A model generated the notes under the pieces. It worked only from the letters and a program-made list of their open reading frames with translations, was not told where the DNA came from and did no database searches. Of a stretch of DNA of 16,073 nucleotides, positions 1 through 8,700 are shown piece after piece. Each line of letters starts with the position of its first letter. Positions within the stretch are counted from its first letter, which is position 1. Both the position numbers and the translations under genes were made by a program. This DNA comes from Pseudomonadota bacterium (GTDB taxonomy: Bacteria > Pseudomonadota > Gammaproteobacteria > Arenicellales > UBA868), in contig JAERSQ010000117.1 in assembly GCA_016845525.1 (NCBI GenBank), positions 1 to 16,073 of the forward strand, read 5' to 3'.

Positions 1-3000
1 CCGGCACGGATGATGACCGCTCTTCGCCCCTGCGCGCATTGAATCAGCCCCTGAAAACCCCCTCTACCCTGACAAGCCAGCAGCAAGCTCATCTGGATGA
101 GCTCGTCGAGCGCTATCTCCAGCGCACTCCTGAATCAAAGCGGCTTGCCCAGGCATGCCGCCCTCAGCTCGCCGACAGTCGGGCAAGCGTGGGATTCCGT
201 TTTTCTACAAAGGAAATGCTCTATCCGATTACCGGAGCCCGCTCGACGGGTTCTCGCATGATCGATGTGGATGGAAACGAATACGTGGACCTGACCATGG
301 GCTTCGGTGTGCTGCTGTTTGGCAGCAAACCGGCGCATATGTCCGGTGTTGTTGAACAAGAACTCAGCAACGGATTTCAGTTGGGTCCGCGCAGCCCCGT
401 CATGCAGGAGGTCGCGTCGCTATTCTGTGAGCTGACAGGGAAAGAGCGGGTCGCGTTTACCAACTCGGGAACCGAGGCCGTTATGACAGCCATCCGCTTG
501 GCGAGGGCGGCTGCCCGCAGGGACAAGATTGTGATTTTTGAGGGGGCCTACAATGGTCATTCGGATGGAACCTTGGCCAAACGCGTTAAGGGTCAGGATG
601 GCCAATGGCATTCCGAACCAGTCTCGCCGGGCATTCCGGGCAACGTCGCAAGCGACTGCCTGGTTCTGGAATATGGCGCCTCGGAGAGTCTCGAGACCAT
701 CCGGCAGCATTCAGGGGAGATTGCTGCTGTTCTGGTGGAACCCGTTCAAAGCCGCAACCTTGAGCTGCAACCCGTCGAATTCCTGCGCGATCTGCGGCGC
801 CTGACAGAAGAGCTCGACATCGCCCTTGTCTTTGATGAAATGATTACCGGTTTCCGGGTCCATCCTGCCGGTATCCAGGGATTATGGGGTATTGAGGCAG
901 ACCTCGCGACCTATGGAAAAATCATCGGGGGCGGGACCGCCATTGGCGCTGTCGCAGGGAGCGCCCGATTCATGGATGGCATTGACGGAGGGATGTGGCA
1001 ATACGGTGATGAGTCCTATCCCAGTGCACAGCGGACTTATTTTGGCGGAACGTTCTGTCAGCATCCCGTCTCCATGGCAGGATGTCTGGCCACTCTGAGA
1101 GAACTCAAACGACAGGGTCCGACACTTCAGCAGGCGCTGTCGGATCGCATGCGCGAATTTGCCGACCGGGTAAACCGACTCTTCGAGAAAGAATCCCTGC
1201 AATTACGGATCGTGTTCTTTGGTTCGATATTCACCTTCCGGGGGCCAGGCAATCTCGAGGTCTTCTTCTACCACTTACTGGAAAAAGGCGTTTATATCTG
1301 GGAGTGGCGGGCCTGTTTTCTCTCAACAGCCCATACCGACGAGGACTTGGACCGGGTCTACTTCGCCATCCAAGACACCATCGGGGCAATGCGCTCCGGC
1401 GGCTTTTTCCCCGGAGAGACTCTGCCCGCACCAACCACGCAGGAAGCACCGCGGTCTGTCGCTGTCGAAGAGAGGGTCAGGTTCAGTCTCTATTTCTTCG
1501 GCAATTACGACGCCGACTATGCGGAAGGGAAGTACGATCTTCTGATAAACGCCTGCCGGCACGGCGATCAGCAGGGATATGAAGCCATCTGGATACCCGA
1601 ACGCCACTTTGATCGTTTTGGCGGCTTCTCGCCCAACCCATCCGTACTGGCTGCGGCCCTCGCCCGCGAAACCAAGTCCATCAAGCTTCGGGCCGGCAGC
1701 ATCGTCGTGCCGCTGCATCACCCTTTGCGTGTTGCCGAAGAATGGTCTCTTGTTGACAACCTGTCCGATGGTCGTATCGGTATTTCTTTCGCCACAGGCT
1801 GGCATCCGAATGACTTTGCCTTAGCCCCGGAAAATTTTGAAAACAGTCGCTCTGTGACGTTCGATAACATTGACGTCATTCGCCGCCTCTGGGCCGGTGA
1901 GTCAGAGTCGTTTACCGGGGGTAGCGGCAAAAAGGTCGATTTGGCAATTTTCCCCAGACCAAAACAGGAGTCTCTGCCGGGGTGGCTTACTGTTGTGCGC
2001 AATCCCGACACCTATCGCAAGGCGGCCGAACTCGGCTTAGGTGTGCTCACCAACCTGCTCGGACAGTCCCTCGAGGAACTTGAAGAGAATCTCCGCCTCT
2101 ATCAGCAGGCATGGATCGAGTTCGGAAGACACCCCGCCGATATACGGATCGCCGTACTTCTGCACACCTATCTCGAAGAGGATGCCGGGGACGCGGTTGA
2201 AACCGCGCGAACCCCCATGTCGGACTATCTTCTTGGAAGCATGGCGCTATTTCAGAAGATGGGAGACTCGCTTCCGGAGCATCTGCGCAATATCGATACG
2301 GTGAGCGAGAAAGATAAAGCATTCATCATCGCAAAAGCATATGAACGGTATGTGCAAGAACGGTCCCTGATCGGATCCCCCGAGAGTTGCACGCCAATGG
2401 TGGAACGTCTGATCCAGATGGGTGTGACCGAAATCGGCTGCTTTTTGGATTTCGGCGTCAGTGACGTCCAGGTCATCGAAGGATTGCCCCGAATCGACCG
2501 CCTGAAGAAGGTCTTTCAGAAACCGGCGGGCCTGAAGGTTCCAACCTCTGATGCTCAACGCCAGTTATGGATCCTCTCGACACTTGATAAAGGGGGCAAT
2601 GCCGCCTACATGGACCCTGCTGTCATCGACTGGTCCGGGCCAATTGACGAGTCTCTGCTGGGGAAGGCCTTTCATCACCTTATCCAGCGACATGAATCTC
2701 TGCGCAGCAATATCGTGAATCAGGGACAAACCCTTCTGATCCACCCGCATCCGACAGCAACGCTGGAAGTCCAGACGTTTGAAGCCGCCGACGATCCCCA
2801 AACCGCCGCTATGACTTGGCTTAAAGACCAACTTAGCGGTGGAGTGAATCTTTCGAACGGCAACCTCTTTCGGCCGATCCTCCTCAAGCTGAGCAGCGAT
2901 CATTGCTTGATCGCCCTGCTCGCCCACCACATTGTGTCTGACGGGCCCTCGATGGGTATTCTTATCAGGGAGTTGACCGAGTGCTACGAATCGATGTCTC

Positions 3001-5759
3001 AAGGTCAATCCACTCCTGCCCTGCAGTCGGCACAGGCTTTTAGTGATTATGTAGAGGCGCAAAATACTCAGCGTCACTCCCGGAAAATGCAAAAAAGCGC
3101 GGCTTACTGGCATTCGTCGCTCGCACCCCTTCCTGCTCCTTTAGACCTGCCCCTCGACCACCCGCGACAGGGAGTCCGCACCTGGAGCGGTCAGCGCACG
3201 GTACTGCAAAGCGGAGAACGACTGGCTCAGAAGCTCGAATCTGCTGCAAAACAGGCCGGCGTAACGCCCTACATGCTCTTACACTCGGCTTTCGCAGCCT
3301 TGCTGCACCGCTGGAGCGATCATCAGGATCTGATCATAGGCACCGCGTCGTCCGGACGAACAGAGACCCAAAAGCCCATGGTTGGCTATGGCGTTCATCT
3401 TCTCCCAGTCCGCAGCCAAATTGAGGAAAGCGCCACACAGCTTGAGTTCATCGATCAGACTCGCAAGACATTGCTGGACGCCTATGCGCATCAGGCCTAC
3501 CCTTTTGCCTGGTTGTTTGATGATCTGGAATTGCAAAGAGATCCTGCCCGTCCGCCGCTGGTCAACGTCATCTTCAACTATGAACGGCTTCCTGCCGAGT
3601 ACCGATTTGGCAACGCAGTGATTCGCCCTGTACTTGCCCCCGCGACTCATGCACGGGTTGACCTCACGCTGACCGTCAACCACATAGGGAGCGAACTCGA
3701 ACTTGTTGCTGACTACAACTCGGATCTGTTTGAGGACCAAACCATACGGCGGCTCCTACGGAGTTTTGACCAATTTATCGACCTGTTCTCGCATCCGGCA
3801 GACAGGCTTATCAGCGAACTGCCCCTGCTGAGCACCGCCGACTATGACGAGACCGTCCGTCGCTGGAATAATGCACCAGCCCCTGACTCCTTTGCTCCTT
3901 TGCCAGAGATCCTTAGAAACGTCACTGAAGCGCGGCCCGATAGTGTCGCCGTCAGGGTTCTCGGTCAACCTGACTCGGACCTGAGTTTTGCAGATCTGAC
4001 GAAGAAGACCGCTGCGTTCGCGCACCGGTTGCTGAGCAAAGGCATCGAGCCTCATCAGAGAATTGGCATTCTGCTTGAACCGACGCCGGATCAGATTGTC
4101 GCGCTTCTGGCTTGCCTTGAGATCGGTTGCCCCTATGTCCCGATGGATCCGGGCTACCCACGCGATCACCTTCAGTATCTGATAGATGATGCGCAAATTG
4201 CCCTGCTGATTACGGATAGAGAAACTAACGCATCGACTCAGTTACGTGTCCCCGATCTCTGCGAAATCCATGATGTCGGTGGCGAAAATCAGGGATCAAC
4301 AGACCGACTCCCCCATTCCATCGCGGGCCCCGATATCGCCTACGTTATTTATACATCGGGGTCTACCGGAAAACCCAAAGGGGTCGAAGTGACCCATCAG
4401 GGATTAAGCAACTACGTCCTCTGGGCAAGCCGTGCCTACCAGGCAGATTATGGCGATGGCGCTCCGATTTTATGTTCCCTGGGTTTCGACGCTGCGGTGA
4501 CCAGTGTGTTTGCCCCGCTTACCGCTGGAAAGCCCACTGTGCTGATACCTGCCGAGAATGAGACCCAGGCTCTTCAGCATCTGGCAGGATCAACCAATCG
4601 ATTCAGCTTTTTCAAGATGACGCCCGCCCACCTCGAAATCCTCAACCGGTTTCGCGACCTTCGGTCAGACATGAATCACGAACTCACAAAATTTTTGGTT
4701 CTTGGGGGTGAAGCGCTTGCGTCTGATCATGTAAACCCGTGGTTCGGCAAGACCGAGGCCGCCATTACCGCCGTCAACGAATACGGGCCCACTGAAGCCA
4801 CCGTCGGCTGCTGTGTTTTCTCATTGGCCGAATCCAGCTTCGGGAACGTGCCGATCGGGCAACCTATCCAGGGCGTGCAGTTGTTTGTGCTTGATAACAA
4901 CCTTGTCCCCGTGCTCCCGGGTGCGCCGGGCGAGCTCTATATCGGCGGTATTGGACTTGCCCGCGGCTACCTCAACCAGCCGCGTGCCACGGCGGAAAAG
5001 TTCATCCCCAACCCATTTGGCAGCGAGTTCAAGCAGGCGGGAAGCCGGCTTTATCGAACCGGCGACTTGGTCCGTCTGTCGAGCCAGGTTCAACTCGAAT
5101 TCCTCGGAAGAACCGATTCGCAGGTGAAGATCAACGGCTTCCGAGTGGAGCCCGGAGAAATTGAGGCCACCCTGCTTCAACATCCTGACGTCAGACAGGC
5201 TGCCGTCGTGAAGCGCAGTCTCGGCGAAAAGTCAGAGGGCTTGGCGGCGTTTATCCAGCCGGTCACAGACGGCGCAGTCCAGGTAAGCGATCTTCGTAAT
5301 TGGCTTGAGGACCGCCTACCTTCACACCTGATTCCCTCATATTTCTCGATACGCGAAACCCTGCCTTTAAGCACTCATGGAAAGCTCGACCGGAAAGCCC
5401 TCACCGACATTGCACTTCCCCAGAGCACCGTGGTCCCGATTGACCAGGTATCTCCCAAAAATGAAGTCGAGAAGCAGATTCATGGAATATGGGAACAGGT
5501 CCTGGGACGAAACCCGATCAGCGGCTCTGACAACTTTTTTGACCTTGGTGGCACCTCTCTTCAGATAATTGAAGTCCACACCCAGCTTGCGCACTTGTTA
5601 CCGAGCGGCGCCGAGGTGATCGACCTGTTCAGACATCCCACCATTTCCAGTCTTGCCCGCTTCATCAGCGGGGATACCGACTCGCAGACTTTGAGACCCA
5701 ATAAAACACGGTTGCGCGCACAAAAACAGTTGGCGGCGCGACGCCGGCATCGCGGTTAA
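1..5759 (+). CDS. Hybrid NRPS subunit, probably 5'-truncated by the window edge: class-III aminotransferase (AMT) - luciferase-like flavin monooxygenase (LLM) - condensation - adenylation (predicted Asn) - PCP
   Basis: The 1906-aa ORF is called from a TTG at 39, but the frame is open back to nt 3 and there is no Shine-Dalgarno sequence before the TTG. Residues 50-465 align to GSA/class-III aminotransferases (MIDVDGNEYVD, TNSGTEAV, KIIGGG). Residues 478-810 are LLM-like (AIWIPERHF, SDGRIGISFATGWHP). The C domain has HHIVSDG (HHxxxDG). A-domain motifs are YTSGSTGKPKG, FDAAV, NEYGPTE, YRTGDLVR, GRTDSQVKINGFRVEPGEIE and HGKLDR. The PCP motif is FFDLGGTSL, with Ser at nt 5556-5558. The stop is TAA at 5757-5759. 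Confidence 0.92.
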   Translation, partial: GTDDDRSSPLRALNQPLKTPSTLTSQQQAHLDELVERYLQRTPESKRLAQACRPQLADSRASVGFRFSTKEMLYPITGARSTGSRMIDVDGNEYVDLTMGFGVLLFGSKPAHMSGVVEQELSNGFQLGPRSPVMQEVASLFCELTGKERVAFTNSGTEAVMTAIRLARAAARRDKIVIFEGAYNGHSDGTLAKRVKGQDGQWHSEPVSPGIPGNVASDCLVLEYGASESLETIRQHSGEIAAVLVEPVQSRNLELQPVEFLRDLRRLTEELDIALVFDEMITGFRVHPAGIQGLWGIEADLATYGKIIGGGTAIGAVAGSARFMDGIDGGMWQYGDESYPSAQRTYFGGTFCQHPVSMAGCLATLRELKRQGPTLQQALSDRMREFADRVNRLFEKESLQLRIVFFGSIFTFRGPGNLEVFFYHLLEKGVYIWEWRACFLSTAHTDEDLDRVYFAIQDTIGAMRSGGFFPGETLPAPTTQEAPRSVAVEERVRFSLYFFGNYDADYAEGKYDLLINACRHGDQQGYEAIWIPERHFDRFGGFSPNPSVLAAALARETKSIKLRAGSIVVPLHHPLRVAEEWSLVDNLSDGRIGISFATGWHPNDFALAPENFENSRSVTFDNIDVIRRLWAGESESFTGGSGKKVDLAIFPRPKQESLPGWLTVVRNPDTYRKAAELGLGVLTNLLGQSLEELEENLRLYQQAWIEFGRHPADIRIAVLLHTYLEEDAGDAVETARTPMSDYLLGSMALFQKMGDSLPEHLRNIDTVSEKDKAFIIAKAYERYVQERSLIGSPESCTPMVERLIQMGVTEIGCFLDFGVSDVQVIEGLPRIDRLKKVFQKPAGLKVPTSDAQRQLWILSTLDKGGNAAYMDPAVIDWSGPIDESLLGKAFHHLIQRHESLRSNIVNQGQTLLIHPHPTATLEVQTFEAADDPQTAAMTWLKDQLSGGVNLSNGNLFRPILLKLSSDHCLIALLAHHIVSDGPSMGILIRELTECYESMSQGQSTPALQSAQAFSDYVEAQNTQRHSRKMQKSAAYWHSSLAPLPAPLDLPLDHPRQGVRTWSGQRTVLQSGERLAQKLESAAKQAGVTPYMLLHSAFAALLHRWSDHQDLIIGTASSGRTETQKPMVGYGVHLLPVRSQIEESATQLEFIDQTRKTLLDAYAHQAYPFAWLFDDLELQRDPARPPLVNVIFNYERLPAEYRFGNAVIRPVLAPATHARVDLTLTVNHIGSELELVADYNSDLFEDQTIRRLLRSFDQFIDLFSHPADRLISELPLLSTADYDETVRRWNNAPAPDSFAPLPEILRNVTEARPDSVAVRVLGQPDSDLSFADLTKKTAAFAHRLLSKGIEPHQRIGILLEPTPDQIVALLACLEIGCPYVPMDPGYPRDHLQYLIDDAQIALLITDRETNASTQLRVPDLCEIHDVGGENQGSTDRLPHSIAGPDIAYVIYTSGSTGKPKGVEVTHQGLSNYVLWASRAYQADYGDGAPILCSLGFDAAVTSVFAPLTAGKPTVLIPAENETQALQHLAGSTNRFSFFKMTPAHLEILNRFRDLRSDMNHELTKFLVLGGEALASDHVNPWFGKTEAAITAVNEYGPTEATVGCCVFSLAESSFGNVPIGQPIQGVQLFVLDNNLVPVLPGAPGELYIGGIGLARGYLNQPRATAEKFIPNPFGSEFKQAGSRLYRTGDLVRLSSQVQLEFLGRTDSQVKINGFRVEPGEIEATLLQHPDVRQAAVVKRSLGEKSEGLAAFIQPVTDGAVQVSDLRNWLEDRLPSHLIPSYFSIRETLPLSTHGKLDRKALTDIALPQSTVVPIDQVSPKNEVEKQIHGIWEQVLGRNPISGSDNFFDLGGTSLQIIEVHTQLAHLLPSGAEVIDLFRHPTISSLARFISGDTDSQTLRPNKTRLRAQKQLAARRRHRG
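186..1433 (+). other. AMT domain (PLP-dependent class-III aminotransferase, GSA-aminomutase-like) within gene 1; approximate bounds
   Basis: Residues 50-465 align along their length with HemL-type aminotransferases. Motifs include FTNSGTEAVMTAIRLAR and the lysine region ATYGKIIGGG. Confidence 0.75.
1470..2468 (+). other. Luciferase-like (LLM-class) flavin-dependent monooxygenase domain embedded in gene 1; approximate bounds
   Basis: The bacterial-luciferase-family signature is visible by eye: YEAIWIPERHFDRFGGFSPNPSVLAAALA ... LSDGRIGISFATGWHPNDFA ... SPESCTPMVERLIQMGVTEIGCFLDFG. Confidence 0.7.
2541..3848 (+). other. NRPS condensation domain (approximate); HHxxxDG at nt 2925-2945
   Basis: The N-terminal C-domain motif is SDAQRQLWILSTL. 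The active-site motif HHIVSDG is intact, so the domain is probably catalytically competent. Confidence 0.8.
3906..5408 (+). other. NRPS adenylation domain, predicted Asn-activating (hand-derived code DATKVGEVGK); approximate bounds
   Basis: Core motifs A3 to A10 are present. The specificity positions, mapped by analogy to GrsA-PheA numbering, are D1484, A1485, T1488, K1526, V1554, G1556, E1581, V1589, G1590 and K1782. Confidence 0.75.
5451..5663 (+). other. Peptidyl carrier protein (PCP/thiolation) domain
   Basis: Motif DNFFDLGGTSLQIIEV, with the phosphopantetheine-attachment Ser encoded at 5556-5558. Confidence 0.8.
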
Positions 5760-5784
5760 TAAGCGAACAGACCTGAGAAGCCGT

Positions 5785-8700
5785 TTGATGTCCACTCACA
5801 CAGATCTGGAAACTGACCATAATGCCATCGCAATCGTGGGAATGGCTGTGCGGCTCCCGGGCGCTCCTGATCTTGATTCGTACTGGGATTTATTGCGCAC
5901 TGGGCGTGACGCCATCCACTTTTTCACCGACGAAGAACTGACCGCTGCGAACATCAGCCCGGAACGGCGCAACCAGCCCGGTTTCGTCGCTTCTCGCGGG
6001 TACCTGCCAGACGCAGACCTGTTTGATGCGAACTTTTTTGGCATCTCGCCAAGAGAGGCCGCGCTAATCGATCCCCAGCACCGTGTCATGATGGAAGTGG
6101 CCTGGCATGCGATGGAGCATGCCGGCTACGACCCGAATCAATGGGAGGGAAACTGCGCCGTCTTTACCAGCGCAGGCATGAATACGTATCTGCCCTTCAA
6201 CCTCTTCACCAATCCGGGACTCATCGAACAGGTGGGCGGCTTCCAATTATCCATCTACAACGACAAGGATTTCGTACCGACCCGAATCGCCTATGCTCTC
6301 AACACAAAAGGACCGGCAATCGATATTGGCACCGCTTGCTCCTCGTCCCTGGTCGGCACCCATATGGCGTGTCAGCATCTACTCAGTTATCAGTCCGATC
6401 TGGCGTTGGTAGGCGGCGTCACCATTCACCTCCCCCAGGAGACCGGCGATGTCGTTGGGCCGGGATCCGCATATTCACCCGATGGATTTTGCAGGCCGTT
6501 TGATGCCACCCCCAGCGGCCTCGTTGATGGGAACGGGGCCGCCGCGATTGTCCTGAAACGTTTGACGGATGCCATCGACGATCGGGATACGATTCATGCG
6601 GTAGTCAAGGGGAGTGCCATCAACAACGACGGCTCGGACAAAGTTGGATATTCAGCGCCAAGTATCCAGGGTCAGGCAGAGGTTATCCTCGAGGCACAGG
6701 CTCTCGCCCAGGTCTTTGCGTCCGACATCTCGTACGTTGAAGCACACGGAACGGCCACGCCGCTCGGCGATCCTATTGAGGTAGCAGGATTGACGCAGGC
6801 ATTCAGGGAGACAACAGATGCGAAACAGTTCTGTGGCCTGGGTTCTGTGAAGTCAAATATCGGTCATGTCGACAAGGCGGCCGGCCTGGCCGGCCTGATA
6901 AAGATTGTCCTCGGTTTGAAAAACGAAACCCTGCCGCCGACCGCACACTACCGTGAAGCAAATCCTAGACTGAATATCGAAGACACACCGTTTTTTGTGG
7001 TTGGAACCGCCGAGCCCTGGGTGCGAACAGGCAGCAAGCCCCGCATAGCGGCGGTCAGTTCCTTTGGCGTTGGGGGAACCAATGCTCACGCAATTATTGA
7101 AGAAGCGCCGCTTCCCTCCCCCATGGATCCGCACGACCACCCAGCGCTCATCCTCCTGTCGGCAAAAACGGAGTCAGCGCTTTTTTCGGCAGCGGCCAAT
7201 CTTCGAGGATCTATCGGCCAAGAGGCTGTGAGGCTCACGGATATCGCCCATACACTCCAAGTGGGCCGTCGTCGCCAAGAGATCCGTACCGCCTTCGTCA
7301 CCAGCAGCATAGACGACTTGGGAAGTCAGTTGGCCAATCTGGCTCCTGTCCTCAACGGGCCAGATTCGAGCCGGGTGGCTTTTCTCTTTAGCGGTCAGGG
7401 AACGCAATATCCCGGAATGGGGCGTGACCTGTATGACTCAGAGCCCGTATTCAGAAGTACCATCGACCGGATCGACAGCATACTGGAGGACCGTATCGAA
7501 CCTGGGCTCATATCGCTTCTCTACGGCCCAGAAAGCAGTTCAGGGCTTTTGAAGCAAACCCAATATTCACAACCCGCCCTGTTTGCGGTTGAGTACTCTC
7601 TGGCGGAACTACTTGAAAGCTGGGGCATCAGGCCATCGGTGGTGCTGGGTCACAGCCTTGGGGAATACGTAGCCGCTTGCAGGGCCGGCACTCTCTCTCT
7701 TGAGGAAGGAGCAAGACTCATCGCTTCCCGGGGTCAGTTGATGCAGAAAATGGACAAAGGCCGGATGCTGGCCGTCACGCTGCCGGCAGAGGATGTCCGC
7801 GAGATGGTCACAGAAGCTTATCCGCTACTTGATATCGCGGTCTTGAATGGTGCCAACCAGACTGTCGTCGCCGGACCCACCGATGATATCGCCGCATTTT
7901 CGCAAGTTGCGCAAACGCGTGGGCTGCTGGTCCGTGAACTGGAGACGTCTCACGCGTTTCACTCACGGATGATGGAGCCGGCGCTCCCGGCTTTTGGAAA
8001 GCTACTCGGAACCATTTCCTGGAAGAAACCAGCGATCCCGGTAATCGCCAACCTTAGCGGACAACTGGCCGAAGGCGAACAGATCTGCTCTGTGGATTAT
8101 TGGTCCAAGCACCTCGTCTCCCCGGTTCTATTTCACGATTCACTGCAGTCGCTGTCGCAACTCGAGCCAGACGCCGTGTGGCTTGAAATCGGCCCGGGGC
8201 GAGCACTGACCAACATGGCGAGCGCCATCAAGCGTCCCGTTCCGGCGAATTTCCCCACATTGCCTCCCGCGCAAAGTTCCATTGGCGCGCAACGCTTCCT
8301 GCTCGGGAGTATAGGTAACCTCTGGGAGCAGGGAGTAGACGTGGATTGGAACTCCTTTACCTGCGACAGGCAGTTACACCGGGTTCCCCTTCCGGGTTAC
8401 CCCTTTCAGCGATCTCGTTTCTGGACTGAGCCAGGGCAGGAATTGCCGGCATCCGAGAGCGCGGAAGGTACCACCGGTTTCTATCAGATGGATTGGTCTT
8501 TGAAGCCCCGGAAGCCCGTTCCCGAAGAAGGCGCGAAGCGCGTTGCCCTGTTTACCAACGACAGCACCTCCTCGATCGAGACGCTTTCTCAACTCTACCG
8601 GGGCAAGGGCCACACCGTCACTACCCGTCCCCCAATAACCGACCTGCCGGACCTCATACTGTTCCTGCTCGGGGCGCCTCCACAGCTTGAAGATTCCTGG

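Noticed and set aside
2565-3113. Antisense ORF of 182 aa, together with similar antisense ORFs at 1323-1805, 3279-3740, 3756-4196, 4821-5183, 8707-9078 and 8928-9278, lying inside the NRPS/PKS genes
   Set aside because: They lie entirely within long coding regions on the sense strand that are strongly supported by domain content. Their translations are Arg/Gly/Pro-rich low-complexity sequence, as is typical of spurious reverse-frame ORFs in GC-rich DNA. None has a recognisable motif or RBS.
6881-6898. Tandem 9-mer GGCCGGCCT x2
   Set aside because: It sits inside the KS coding sequence and encodes AGLAGL. It is a trivial short coding repeat, not a CRISPR or regulatory repeat.
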